From assembly GCA_964016885.1 (NCBI GenBank), contig CAXHJY010000547.1, forward strand, positions 121,339 through 185,338: a stretch of DNA of 64,000 nt, given 5' to 3'. Within the stretch, counting starts at the first letter, position 1. Every line of letters starts with the position of its first letter. The notes beneath the pieces are model-generated. The model was not told where the DNA came from. It made no database searches and was given only the letters and a program-made list of their open reading frames with translations. The position numbers and the translations under genes are program-made. Source of the DNA: Eledone cirrhosa. Its lineage: Eukaryota. Positions 40,701-54,200 of this stretch are shown here, piece after piece.

Positions 40701-43242
40701 TCTGTCTTATTTCAGGACTAGACAGAGATCCGTGTCTTATTTCTATATTAAATATATTGTCACAAGAGAGGTGGAGAGTCTGTCTTATTTCAGGACTAGA
40801 CAGAGATCCTTTTCTTATTTCTATATTAAATATATTGTCAAAAGAGAGGTGGAGGGTCTGTCTTATTTCAGGACTAGACAGAGATCCTTGTCTTATTTCT
40901 TTATTAAATATATTGTCACAAGAGAGGTGGAGAGTCTGTCTTATTTCAGGACTAGACAGAGATCCTTGTCTTATTTCTATATTAAATATATTGTCACAAG
41001 AGAGGTGGAGAGTCTGTCTTATTTCAGGACTAGACAGAGATCCGTGTCTTATTTCTATATTAAATATATTGTCACAAGAGAGATGGAGAGTCTGTCTTAT
41101 TTCAGGACTAGACAGAGATCCTTGTCTTATTTCTATATTAAATATATTGTCACAAGAGAGGTGGAAAGTCGGTCTTATTTCAGGACTAGACAGAGATCCT
41201 TTTCTTATTTCTATATTAAATATATTGTCACAAGAGAGGTGGAGAGTCTGTCTTATTTCAGGACTAGACAGAGATCCTTGTCTTATTTCTATATTAAATA
41301 TATTGTCACAAGAGAGATGGAAAGTCGGTCTTATTTCAGGACTAGACAGAGATCCTTTTCTTATTTCTATATTAAATATATTGTCACAAGAGAGGTGGAG
41401 AGTCTGTCTTATTTCAGGACTAGACAGAGATCCTTGTCTTATTTCTATATTAAATATATTGTCACAAGAGAGGTGGAGAGTCTGTCTTATTTCAGGACTA
41501 GACAGAGATCCTTGTCTTATTTCTATATTAAATATATTGTCACAAGAGAGGTGGAGAGTCTGTCTTATTTCAGGACTAGACAGAGATCCTTGTCTTATTT
41601 TTATATTAAATATATTGTCACAAGAGAGGTGGAGAGTCTGTCTTATTTCAGGACTAGACAGAGATCCTTGTCTTAATTCTATATTAAATATATTGTCACA
41701 GGAGAGGTGGAGAGTCTGTCTTATTTCAGGACTAGACAGAGATCCTTGTCTTATTTCTATATTAAATATATTGTCACAAGAGAGGTGGAGTGTCTGTCTT
41801 ATTGCAGGACTAGACAGAGATCCTTGTCTAATTTCTATATTAAATATATTGTCACAAGAGAGGTGGAGAGTCTGTCTTATTTCAGGACTAGACAGAGATC
41901 CTTGTCTTATTTCTATATTAAATATATTGTCACAAGAGAGGTGGAGAGTCTGTCTTATTTCAGGACTAGACAGAGATTCTTGTCTTATTTCTATATTAAA
42001 TATATTGTCACAAGAGAGATGGAGAGTCTGTCTTATTTCAGGACTAGACAGAGATCTTTGTCTTATTTCTATATTAAATATATTGTCACAAGAGAGATGG
42101 GGAGTCTGTCTTATTTTAGGACTAGACAGAGATCCTTGTCTTATTTCTATATTAAATATATTGTCACACGAGAGGTGGCGAGTCTGTCTTATTACAGGAC
42201 TAGACAGAGATCCTTGTCTTATTTCTATATTAAATATATTGTCACAAGAGAGATGGAAAGTTGGTCTTATTTCAGGACTAGACAGAGATCCTTGTCTTAT
42301 TTCTATATTAAATATATTGTCACAAGAGAGATGGAAAGTCGGTCTTATTTCAGGACTAGACAGAGATCCTTTTCTTATTTCTATATTAAATATATTGTCA
42401 CAAGTGAGGTGGAGTGTCTGTCTTATTTCAGGACTAGACAGACATCCTTGTCTTATTTCTATATTAAATATATTGTCACAAGAGAGGTGGAGAGTCTGTC
42501 TTATTTCAGGACAAGACAGAGATCCTTGTCTTATTTCTATATTAAATATATTGTCACAAGAGAGGTGGAGAGTCTGTCTTATTTCAGGACTAGACAGAGA
42601 TCCTTGTCAAATTTCCATATTAAATATATTATCACAAGAGAGGTGGAGAGTCTGTCTTATTTCAGGACAAGACAGAGATCCTTGTCTTATTTCTATATTA
42701 AATATATTGTCACAAGAGAGGTGGAGAGTCTGTCTTATTTCAGGACTAGACAGAGATCCTTGTCTTATTTCTATATTAAATATATTGTCACAAGAGAGGT
42801 GGAGTGTCTGTCTTATTGCAGGACTAGACAGAGATTCTTGTCTTATTTCTATATTCAATATATTGTCATAAGAGAGATGGAGAGTCTGTCTTATTTCAGG
42901 ACTAGACAGAGATCTTTGTCTTATTTCTATATTAAATATATTGTCACAAGAGAGATGGAGAGTCTGTCTTATTTCAGGACTAGACAGAGATCCTTGTCTT
43001 ATTTCTATATTAAATATATTGTCACAAGAGAGATGGAGGGTCTGTCTTATTTCAGGACTAGACAGAGATCCTTGTTTTATTTCTTTATTACATATATTGT
43101 AACAAGAGAGGTGGAGAGTCTGTCTTATTTCAGGACTAGACAGAGATCCTTGTCTTATTTCTTTATTAAATATATTGTCACAAGAGAGGTGGTGAGTCTG
43201 TCTTATTTCAGGACTAGACAGAGATCCTTGTCTTATTTCTAT

Positions 43243-46200
43243 CATCATCATCATCATCATCATCATCACCGTTTTACGTCCGTTGTTCCACGCTAGCATG
43301 GGTTAGACGGGTTGTCCTGTTGTGGGCAGTGTCTGGTCGGCTGACCATGCCTTGCTCATACAGGAACTGATCTGGCTTGATTTCTACAGCTGGATGCCCT
43401 TCCTAACACCAACCTCATTTACAGTGAGTGCTGGGTGCTTTTTCGTGGCGCCTACACGTCCACTTTACAGTGTGGGCTGGGTGCTTTTTTGCCGTGGCAC
43501 CTCCACGGCCACCTTGCGGTGGAGGGGGGGGGGGCATATTGTTTATATGCTTCAGCATGTACCCATGGGAGGTCGGGTACCCTGTATTACTGCGTGACGC
43601 CAGAAGTCACGGTCGTGTGTCATTGACTTTGAGAGGTGTAGTTGGGTAAGGTCGGCTTTTATCACCTCATCCCAAGTCATCTTGGGTCTCCCCACTCCGC
43701 GGTTTCCATCAACTTCTAGTGCTCTGCACCTTTTTATGCAGCTGTCATCCTTCATACGCATCACATGTCCATACCAGCGTAACCGCCTCTCCTGCACGCA
43801 GCATTTGATTCCTCTTATGCTCAGTCTCTCTCTCAATTCCTTTATGCTTTGTCGTTCACGTATATTACTGTTACACATCCATCGGAGCATGCAGGCTTCG
43901 TTTCTCTCTAATCTACGTAAGTCTTCCACCTTCAGCGCCCAGGTCTCACTACCATGCAACATCGCTGTTCGGATACACGCATCATACAGTCTGCCTTTCA
44001 TTCTGAGGGAGAAGCCTTTTGCACTAGCAGTGGTAGTAGTTCCCTAAACTTCTTCCATCCCGTTCTTACCCTAGTTATTGTACTTTCTGAGCACCCACCT
44101 CCGTTGCTAATTCGGTCACCTAGGTAGCAGAAGCTGTCTACTGTTTCTACAGGGCCCTCCCAGAGATTGGTGGTACTTGTTTCCTGTGGCTGTTTGCTTG
44201 CTGTTTCAGCACAGCTGCTGCATGTGAATCCTACATTCTTAATTAAGCTTCCTGAGATCCCGCTACATCTCTTGTGTACCCATTGTTTGCATTTGGGGCA
44301 GAGAATGGAGTTTCTACCTACACCTTTCCTACATACTGAGCAAGGCCATTTCCCTGAGGGGATCTGGGTTCTGTTTTCTCGTCTACTTACAAGGACCTTA
44401 GTCTTTGTCATGTTGACTTTGAGGCCCTTTCTCTCTAGTCCCTGCTTCCAGGTTTGGAATTTATTCTCTAGTTCTACCATAGATTCAGCTATGAGTGCGA
44501 GGTCATCAGCATACAGGAGTTCCCATGGGCATCCGGTCTTAAACTCCTCCGTTATTGCCTGCAGGACTATGATGAACAGGAGAGGGCTAAGAACAGAGCC
44601 CTGGTGGACCCCAACCTGTACGCTAAATTCCTCGCTATACTCATTGCCAATCCTAACTTTGCTGACTGCTCCCCTATACATGGCTTGTACCGCTTTCACA
44701 AGCCATTCATCTACTCCTAGTTTTCTAAGAGCCCACCAGATTACTGCACGTGGAACTCTGTCAAAGGCTTTCTCAAGGTCGACAAATGCCAAGTAGAGTG
44801 GCTTACTTTTAGCTAGGTACTTTTCCTGTAATTGCCTCACAAGGAAGAGGGCATCAGTGGTGCCTTTCCCTGGTACAAACCCAAATTGCATCTCGTCTAT
44901 ATTCACCCGGTCCCTAATCAGCTGTGCTATAACTCTTTCTGTTACTTTCATGACCTGGTCCATCAACTTTATACCTCTATAGTTTCCTCTATCTAGTGCA
45001 TCGCCTTTACCTTTGTAGCAGTTGACAATGATGCTACTGCACCAATCTTTTGGTATGGCCCCCTCTAGTATTACCTGGTTAACGATACGTGTGGTTATAG
45101 TGTGACCTACAGACCCAGATGCCTTCAGCATCTCGGCAGCTATACCCGATGGACCGGTTGCCTTCCCTATCTTCATATCTCTGATTGCCTTACTTACTAC
45201 GCTGCCGCTGACTTGTACTGCTGGTCCCTCTATAGGGTCTACGTGGGGTAGGGTCTCTTCTTCCCATGCATTCTCCTCATTAAGTAATCTATCATAATGA
45301 CTCTTCCATGCATCTTTCTTCTCAGCACTTGTGAGGGCAAGCTCACCTTTATCATTCCGGATACACTTCTCTCCAATGACATCACAACTATCTCTGACAC
45401 ACTGCCTCGCAATCTTGAATACCTCCTGTTTCTGGTCCTCACGTTGTAAAACATGCTTGAATTTTCTATCCTCTGCTTCCCTCCTAGCTAAGTATACTTG
45501 TCGCCTAGCTTCCCTCTTGGTCTCTATGTAATGTACCCTGCTCCCCCCGTTCTTCCATTCTTTCCATGCCTGTCTCTTGGCCTTGACTGCTTCATCTACC
45601 TTATTGTTCCACCACCAAGTCACTCTCCTCCTGCTTGAGGTCTTACTCCAGCCACAAACCTCATCCGTCGCCTCTAGTAAGTTATTTTTTAGGAACTCCC
45701 AGTTCTCTTCTACGTTAAATGTCTCTATCTGTTCTTCTTTACTGTCGTAGGCGTTGAGTAAAATATCTTTAAATCTGTTACTGGTTGAGGAGACTTTCAG
45801 CTTCCAGATCTTTCTTCTCCAGGTTGGCCTCTGTTTCAGGGCTCGTCTAGTTCTGACCGTGAGGTCGCTGACAACTAAGCTATGTTGGGATGTACATTCC
45901 TCACTAGGGAAGGCTTTTGTGTTTACGACCGTCCATCTGTCACGTCCTCTGATGAGGATAAAATCTAACTGACTAGAGTGCTCCCCTGATCTATAGGTGA
46001 TCAGGTGGTTGTCGGGTTTTTTAAAGTTTGTGTTACATATCGACATGTCATTGGCGTCGCAGAATTCTAGAAGTCTGAATCCTTCCTCATTCCTTGTGCC
46101 AACTCCATGGCCTCCATGTACTCTATTGAAGCCGTCGCAGTGTTTACCTACGTGTCCGTTAAAATCTCCTGCAATGATTAGGAAGTCCTTGTCGTCTGTT

Positions 46201-46650
46201 AGAGCAGTAGTGTGTATTAGGGACTCGTAAAACCTATCCTTAAGTTCGTCTGGCAGCCCCGATTGGGGTGCGTAAGCTGATATTATTGTGGTAATTGTCT
46301 TATTCAGGACTAGTCTAAGTTTAATGATTCTTGCATTTACCCTGTACACTGAGATTACTTTATCTACCCACTTGTCAGCTAATAGTATACCTACACCACC
46401 CATCCCATCGTCATTTCCCATCCAGAAAAATTTGTAGCACTGGCTTTTTCCTACAAGGACTCTAGCAGACCCTCCTCTCCATCTAGTCTCTTGCACACAG
46501 CATACATCAACTTCCTTTCGCTCTAGCATTTCTACGATTTCTCCTGCTCTTCCTTTCATTGAGCCTACATTGATGGTACCAACTCGGAGTTTTGGGCATT
46601 TGTCGACACTCGTAGGGGAGGGTCTCTGGGTTGGCGCTTCACGTGGGTGC
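43243..46650 (-). mobile_element. Near-full-length RTE-clade LINE, copy 3 (duplicate of copy 2)
   Basis: Same junctions, same TSD and identical 853-aa and 149-aa translations; offset 8946-8947 bp. Confidence 0.97.
43552..46649 (-). pseudogene. RTE ORF: APE + RT, same frameshift as copy 2
   Basis: Translations identical to copy 2; frameshift at ~44023. Confidence 0.95.
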
Positions 46651-49261
46651 TTCTATATTAAATATATTGTCACAAGAGAGATGGAAAGTCGGTCTTATTT
46701 CAGGACTAGACAGAGATCCTTTTCTTATTTCTATATTAAATATATTGTCACAAGAGAGATGGAATGTCGGTCTTATTTCAGGACTAGACAGAGATCCTTG
46801 TCTTATTTCTATATTAAATATATTGTCACAAGTGAGGTGGAGTGTCTGTCTTATTTCAGGACTAGACAGAGATCCTTGTCTTATTTCTATATTAAATATA
46901 TTGTCATAAGAGAGGTGGAGAGTCTGTCTTATTTCAGGACAAGACAGAGATCCTTGTCTTATTTCTATATTAAATATATTGTCACAAGAGAGGTGGAGAG
47001 TCTGTCTTATTTCAGGACTAGACAGAGATCCTTGTCTTATTTCTATATAAAATTTATTGTCACAAGAGAGATGGAGAGTCTGTCTTATTTCAGGACTAGA
47101 CAGAGATCCTTGTCTTATTTCTATATTAAATATATTGTCACAAGAGAGGTGGAGTGTCTGTCTTATTGCAGGACTAGACAGAGATCCTTGTCTTATTTCT
47201 ATATTAAATATATTGTCACAAGAGAGATGGAAAGTCGGTCTTATTTCAGGACTAGACAGAGATCATTGTCTTATTTCTATATTAAATATATTGTCACAAG
47301 AGAGATGGAGAGTCGGTCTTATTTCAGGACTAGACAGAGATCCTTGTCTTATTTCTATATTAAATATATTGTCACAAGAGAGGTGGAGAGTCTGTCTTAT
47401 TTCAGGACTAGACAGAGATCCTTGTCTTATTTCTATATTAAATATATTGTCACAAGAGAGGTGGAGAGTCTGTCTTATTTCAGGACTAGACAGAGATCTT
47501 TGTCTTATTTCTATATTAAATATATTGTCACAAGAGAGATGGAGAGTCTGTCTTATTTCAGGACTAGACAGAGATCCTTGTCTTATTTCTATATTAAATA
47601 TATTGTCACAAGAGAGATGGGGAGTCTGTCTTATTTTAGGACTAGACAGAGATCCTTGTCTTATTTCTTTATTAAATATATTGTCACAAGAGAGGTGGTG
47701 AGTCTGTCTTATTTCAGGACTAGACAGAGATCCTTGTCTTATTTCTATATTAAATATATTGTCACAAGAGAGATGGAAAGTCGGTCTTATTTCAGGACTA
47801 GACAGAGATCCTTTTCTTATTTCTATATTAGATATATTGTCACAAGAGAGATGGAATGTCGGTCTTATTTCAGGACTAGACAGAGATCCTTGTCTTATTT
47901 CTATATTAAATATATCGTCACAAGAGAGGTGGAGAGTCTGTCTTATTTCAGGACAAGACAGAGATCCTTGTCTTATTTCTATATTAAATATATTGTCACA
48001 AGAGAGGTGGAGAGTCTGTCTTATTTCAGGACTAGACAGAGATCCTTGTCAAATTTCCATATTAAATATATTGTCACAAGAGAGGTGGAGAGTCTGTCTT
48101 ATTTCAGGACAAGACAGAGATCCTTGTCTTATTTCTATATTAAATATATTGTCACAAGAGAGGTGGAGAGTCTGTCTTATTTCAGGACTAGACAGAGATC
48201 CTTGTCTTATTTCTATATTAAATATATTGTCACAGGAGAGGTGGAGAGTCTGTCTTATTTCAGGACTAGACAGAGATCCTTGTCTTATTTCTATATAAAA
48301 TTTATTGTCACAAGAGAGATGGAGAGTCTGTCTTATTTCAGGACTAGACAGAGATCCTTGTCTTATTTCTATATTAAATATATTGTCACAAGAGAGGTGG
48401 AGTGTCTGTCTTATTGCAGGACTAGACAGAGATCCTTGTCTTATTTCTATATTAAATATATTGTCACAAGAGAGGTGGCGAGTCTGTCTAATTTCAGGAC
48501 TAGACAGAGATCCTTGTCTTATTTCTATATTAAATATATTGTTACAAGAGAGATGGAAAGTCGGTCTTATTTCAGGACTAGACAGAGATCCTTGTCTTAT
48601 TTCTATATTAAATATATTGTCACAAGAGAGGTGGAAAGTCGGTCTTATTTCAGGACTAGACAGTGAACCTTGCTTCTATATTAAATATATTGTAACAAGA
48701 GAGAAGAACAATTTTATATTTCTGTTAAACATTTTTATATGAAAGGCTGGCACCATGTGACCTAGACGTTAAGGTGTTGGGTTCAATTCCTGGACTGGGT
48801 GACACATATTCTTGAGACATTTCATTTCATGTTGCGACTGCTCCCTCCCACATCATTAAAACACTCAATAAACCACCTATAAAATACTTTACATGAGGTC
48901 AGCTAAACCCTGCTTAGATGTGACCTGTAACAACATGGAAGGACTGGGGACCCCTATCATCAAAATAACGAAGAAACCACCTATAAAATACAACTTTATA
49001 TGAGGCCAGCTAAACCTTGCATAGGTGTAAGAAGTAAATTTCATTTTTTCATTTCATATAAAAGAGTAAAACTTGAAAGGTATTGTCAACAAAATTATTT
49101 CAAACCTTGTTGTGTTCTATGATAAGGTACATAGGACTCCAATCCTGTTCAGGTCAATTTTGTCTTTCATGTTTTAGGGTTGATAAAATAAAATAGCAGT
49201 TGCAGGCTGTGGATTAAAGGAGTTGAGTTATTAGATTAGACGAGGTGCAATGTGGTATATA

Positions 49262-49593
49262 TGAAGGTGTATGGCTTAGCGGGTAGAGCATTGGACTTGC
49301 ATTTGAGAGGTTGTCAGTTTTATTCTCAGATCAAGTGTTGTGTTGTGTCCTTGAGCAAGACACTTTATTTCATGTTGCTCTAGTTTACTCAGCTGTACAG
49401 ATGAGCTGTCACGTCACTGGTGCCAAGCTCTATCAGCCATTGCCTTTGCTTTGAACATTAGTGGCATGGAGAGATGAGACTGGTATACATGGGTGACTGC
49501 TGGTCTTCACAAACAAAACCTTGCCCAGGTTTATGCCTCGGAGGGAAAGTTTATAGGTACAAAACCATGGTCATTTGTGACCGATTAGGGCCT
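49262..49593 (+). mobile_element. tRNA-derived CORE-type SINE, full length
   Basis: A-box TGGCTTAGCGG; core GTGTCCTTGAGCAAGACACTT..TAGTTTACTCAGCTGTACAGATG; tail colinear with 2649-2943. Confidence 0.85.
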
Positions 49594-49783
49594 TTAACCC
49601 TTTAACATTTACATTACTCTTATAAACTATTGTATTTTTGCAGTAAAAGGCCTTATCTTACATAATATCTCACATAATATTGAATCTATGAGATTTTGAT
49701 ATTATTTATTTTGAGAACAATACCTTAAAGTCAGTATGAGGGGCCGGTTGGGGTCAGTTTGAACAGAAAAAGGTGAGAATTCT

Positions 49784-50804
49784 ATAATAATAATAATAAT
49801 ATTGTGTAAAGTGCTCAGGTGCACTACAACTCGTCAAAGGTGTATGTATAGTACACAGAATAATACACAAATTCAGGGAAGTGAATAGTGTATGAGTCAT
49901 GGTATACATGTGTATGTGTATGGAGGCGGAACATTAGCTGTAGTGTTGGCGGATCTCGGGAAGCATGGAGGCCTTAAAGGATGCAGTGTCTCGACAGCTA
50001 ACAACTGATGCAGGTAGTTTGTTCCATGCTTCAGCAACTCTGAGCATGAAAAAATGTTTCAGAAAGTCATGGGAGCTGTGCTGTTTTCTGACTGTGTTGG
50101 CATGTCCACGTGTGTTAGACACATGGAAATCAAAAAGGTACTCAGGGTTGTTGTTGGCAAGATGGTTAAGAATTTTGTGGGTGTTTACCAAGTCAGTTGC
50201 CAGGCGTCGGAGCTTCAATGTATCCATGCCTAGGGAAGCAAGGCGCTCAGAGTATGGTAGATGCCTGATGGAGGGTATTCGCTTGGTTGCACGTCTCTGA
50301 ACAGTTTCCAGGCGGTCAATGTTCTGAGCAAGGTAGGGGTTCCAGACTGGTGATGCAAATTCTAAATGTGACCTCACCATCAACATAAACATATCCCTTC
50401 ATATGTACCTCTATTATGAACCATGTTAGGTTAGTGTTACCACTGTTATGAACTATGCTAGGTTAGTGTTACCTCTGTAATGAACTATGCTAGGTTAGTG
50501 TTACCTCTATTATGAACTATGCTATGTACAGCCTTAAATAGATAGCTGGAGAGCGGCTGACAAAGGTCTTGTTGAGTGATGCTAAGACACCCTCGGCCCT
50601 CTTGACAATTTTAGAGACGTGCTTCGTCCAAATTGCTGCTGACCGTAATGCCTAGGTCACGTTCACAAGAAGACTTGTTGATATTAGTGCTGTGCAGGGA
50701 GTATGTGGACGCTGGGTTTTTACTCCCAAAATGCATGGTGGTGCACTTGTCCACAGCTAGCTTGAGTTGCCAGTCTGAGATCCATTGTTGCATTGTGTCC
50801 AGGT
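49784..50804 (-). mobile_element. 5'-truncated CR1/L2-type LINE (RT C-terminus, 3' UTR, (ATT)n tail)
   Basis: Translations WQLKLAVDKCTTMHFG, ERDLGI, VRSHLEFASPVWNP, LETVQRRATK, YSERL and WNKLP. Confidence 0.92.
50409..50524. repeat. 32-bp minisatellite (~3.6 copies) inside the CR1 fragment
   Basis: Unit CTCTATTATGAACTATGCTAGGTTAGTGTTAC. Confidence 0.9.
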
Positions 50805-51159
50805 TGTGTTCTGGCCGGATATGGCCGGTTTAAATGCTAAAGGGTTAAAAAAAATGTGGTATATAGCAGACGACATGTGACCAAGATGGGATTAAACGTG
50901 AAACCATGTGGTTGCTAAGTAAATTTCTCAACCACGCAGCCATGTCTTCAATATAAAATGTAAAACAATGGAGTGAGGATAAAACATATTAGGTTGACAT
51001 TATTTACATGACTTATCATCATATAATGAACCAATAACATTTGTAGTTGAACTGATTTAGATTAAAGACCACTGTATTGATTACATTTGTAATCTGATTA
51101 TATTAAGTAATTGGTTAATATAAACAATGTTGTCTTTTGATTGGTTCATCCATTAAAGG

Positions 51160-51510
51160 TTCCAATATGGCTGCATGGTTAAGGTGTTTGTATTGCAACC
51201 ACATGGTTTTAGGTTCAGTCCCACTGTGTGGCACCTTGAACAAGTGTCCTACTGTAGCCTTGAGTTGACCAATGCCTTGTGATAGAAATTTGGTAGACAG
51301 AATCTGTATGGAAGCCTGTCATATATGTCTGTGTGTCTGTTTATATTTACAGTTTATATCTTGTAACATAGTGTACATACAACATGAAAACATCAATGAA
51401 ATAAGTGCAATATATGAGAAAGAAAGTATTGGGGATGATATTGATTAAATCCCTTCAAGGAAGTGTTCTAGCATGGCAACAGTCTAATGGATGAAACAAG
51501 TAAAAGTAAA
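51160..51510 (+). mobile_element. tRNA-derived SINE of a second family, degenerate
   Basis: A-box TGGCTGCATGG, B-box GGTTCAGTCCC, ACCTTGAACAAGTG and an A-rich end; the tail resembles 13230-13282. Confidence 0.7.
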
Positions 51511-51729
51511 TGAAGTATATGCTAACTTGGTTCATCCATAACATTTTACAAAGGAGGGAGAAATAGTAAGATGTCATTTACCATAGATTTTGGTCGACTC
51601 TTCTCTTGTGGATGAAATTGTGTAGATAGAAACTGTTTGGAAGTCTGTCAGATGGACTGTACCTGTAATTCAGGGGTCTAACCTTGACACACACACACTG
51701 ACACACTGAGTCTCCCTGAGAACTACTTT

Positions 51730-52192
51730 AAACCTTTTATGACTGCATTTCTAATGAAATACACACTATTTTAATTAATTAATGAAGAATTTTGGGGTAT
51801 TCACTATAATTATTAGTTATTTAATTATTAAGATAGTGGCATGTGGTTAGAATGTCTCAGGAAAGACTCACTGGAGAAATTTTACAGGCAAAACCAAGTG
51901 GCATGAGACCCAGGGGTAGACCCCGAGCAAGATGGTTAGATAACATCCATGAGCTTGGCTGGTCTCGCTTGGGGATTCAGTCAGATCAGTTGGTGATGGT
52001 TTCTTCTGACAGGACCCACTGCAGGGAGTGTTTGAGGACTCTGCCCCCACAACCCTTCAGGAATCAGTTGGTGAAGAAGACTAAGATAGTAACTTAATAA
52101 GTTTCTTATATAAAATTATGTTGCAAAATTTTTATTTAAATTGGAAACCTTTAAAATGGGTGGTTTTGATCAGGTGGTAACTAAAGGGTGAA
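51730..52192. mobile_element. piggyBac-like MITE split by a LINE fragment
   Basis: Starts TTAAACCTTT and ends ACTAAAGGG; body matches 14050-14443 and 17745-17955. Confidence 0.7.
51838..52081 (+). mobile_element. 3' fragment of a second RTE-type LINE family with 9-bp TSD
   Basis: Translates (H)VVRMSQERL..GMRPRGRPRARWLD; TSD TAAGATAGT at 51829-51837 and 52082-52090; (GAA)n-like tail. Confidence 0.85.
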
Positions 52193-52448
52193 GGATATAT
52201 GTCTGTGGAATGCTCAGCCACTTGTCTGTTAATTTCATGGGTATGCTGTTGTTAATCACACATCTAGAACACACATCATTGAAACCAACAGAAGTTGATG
52301 TATATGAAACTGTCCTCTACAGATAACTGGTACTTTTGTTAGAAAACTTCAGTACAAACCAGACTTTTCTTTTTATCAACCTCTAGTATATTTACCTTTC
52401 TATACAATATAGTTCTATGAGGTTTTATTGGATGTAGAGGTTTCTATG

Positions 52449-52452
<4 letters not shown>

Positions 52453-52545
<93 letters not shown>

Positions 52546-52610
52546 TCTCCCCCTCCCTCTCTCTCCCCCCTCTCTCTCTCCCTCCCTCTCTCTCCCCCCT
52601 CTCTCTCCCT
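52453..52610. repeat. (CT)n microsatellite
   Basis: Direct reading. Confidence 0.97.
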
Positions 52611-52739
52611 GTTGCTCTATCTATCTGTCTGTTTCTCTCTCTCTCTGTAGATATAAACCTATTGTTTTGTCATCCTGCTATACAACCACATCTAACTGTG
52701 TGTCTATAATATTTTTATCATTTTATCTCCATACTACAT

Positions 52740-52920
52740 AGTACTACACACACCTTCACCTACACACCACACCACCACTACACCGCTGTACTACACACAC
52801 CTTCACCATACTATACACCACACCACCACTACTACACACCACGCCACCACCACTACACCACCACTACACACCACCACACCATACCACCACCACACCACAA
52901 GCACCATACCACCACCATCA
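52740..52920. repeat. CAC/CACTA low-complexity tract
   Basis: Direct reading. Confidence 0.85.
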
Positions 52921-53008
52921 CTATATGTGACATTTTCTGGAATTTTCTATCTTTTTTTTTCCATTCACCTCTTCGGTCATTTTAATTAACCTTTTGTATA
53001 TACCTAGT

Positions 53009-53255
53009 GTCTCCTGGGGGAGGTGATAGGTGAGAAATACTGTCACACACACTGTCTCCTGGGGGAGGTGATAGGTAAGAAATACTGTCACACACACTGT
53101 CTCCTGGGGGAGGTGATAGGTGAGTAATACTGTCACAACACACACTGTCTCCTGGGGGAGGTGAGAGGTGAGACACACTGTCTCCTGGGGGAGGTGATAG
53201 GTGAGAAATACTGTCACACACACTGTCTCCTGGGGGAGGAGGTGAGAAATACACA
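53009..53255. repeat. ~45-bp minisatellite (~6 copies)
   Basis: Unit CTGTCTCCTGGGGGAGGTGATAGGTGAGAAATACTGTCACACACA. Confidence 0.93.
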
Positions 53256-54084
53256 CACTGACACATACATACTGACACACACACACTAATACACACTGAC
53301 ACAATGACACACATACACATACACATACACACACACTGACACACACAAACTCACTGATTTCTGTATAAAGTGTTTTCTCTTCTTTGCAACCCAACTATTC
53401 CTATATTGACTATGTTAGAACAAATATATCTACCTGTAAAGATCTCATCTACCTGTAATTAATGGGGTCAGGTATTTATGTCTGCTGCTTTTCATGAGAG
53501 AAATAAACTATATTTGTTAGATTAGAAATATGTGAGTTGTTAATAGTTGTTGGTGATAGTGGTGGTGGTGTTGTTGCTATATAGAGGGAGCCCTTCTCCA
53601 TAGTAACAGTGGTTTTGTTGCTTTCATCAGTTTCAGTATCACTAGGGATGAGGTAGTGTAGGGTCTAGTGGTTAAGATGTTGGATCCAGGTTTAATTCCT
53701 GAACAGGGTGGGGCTTTCTCCTTCAGCAGAATGCTTCACTTCATGTTATTTCAATCAATTTAGTTTGGAAACAAATGAATACCAAACACACCAGCTGGGG
53801 CTAATTCCTGCAACAATCTGACATCTAGTCCATGAGTGAGTTTTTTCATGATAGAGAGTGGGGGGAACAAATTCTATCATGTGAGATTTAGCCTGGTTGG
53901 AGGCCAACTAAACCTACATAGGTGTGATGTAACAACTGGGAATGTGACCTTCTCTATTTGGTTTTGGGGCTAGTAACTCACAATAGTCAACCAGTGTTGA
54001 GACCTTTTAGAAATACCATCATAAACCTTCATATATATTTTTTTTCTTTTGCATTGGCATGTGTTGAATGTGTGTGTGTACCTA

Positions 54085-54191
54085 CAGGGTGTACCTCCCC
54101 AAAATAATATATACACACTTCCAACAGTATTCTAATAAATATTGCCTGTACAGGTAATCAAAGTATGTATACATTTTGGGGGGACACCTTG
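54085..54191. mobile_element. Small Tc1/mariner-type MITE
   Basis: TA-CAGGGTGT..CCCCAAAA at the left end and TTTTGGGGGGACACCTTG-TA at the right end. Confidence 0.7.
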
Positions 54192-54200
54192 TATATATAT

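Larger units (their letters stand above)
20213..48705. repeat. 78-bp tandem satellite, roughly 275-280 copies, interrupted by two RTE insertions
   Basis: Consensus GAGAGGTGGAGAGTCTGTCTTATTTCAGGACTAGACAGAGATCCTTGTCTTATTTCTATATTAAATATATTGTCACAA; internal duplicated TGTCTTATTTC; 26-aa periodicity in the ORF track. Confidence 0.99.
49598..50844. mobile_element. piggyBac-like MITE split by a CR1 insertion
   Basis: TTAA-CCCTTTAACATTTA at the left end and TAAATGCTAAAGGG-TTAA at the right end (TIRs with TTAA target duplication). Confidence 0.8.

Noticed and set aside
20213-48742. Very long ORFs (up to 1550 aa) in the 78-bp array
   Set aside because: The unit is a multiple of 3 and stop-free in several frames on both strands; frames swap at indels and there is no domain content. 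Artefact of the satellite.
53356-53433. Possible minus-strand host exon (AG...GTGAGT); similar candidates at ~15305-15360 and ~4086-4186
   Set aside because: Short, no recognisable protein, and splice-like motifs arise by chance; RNA-seq is needed.
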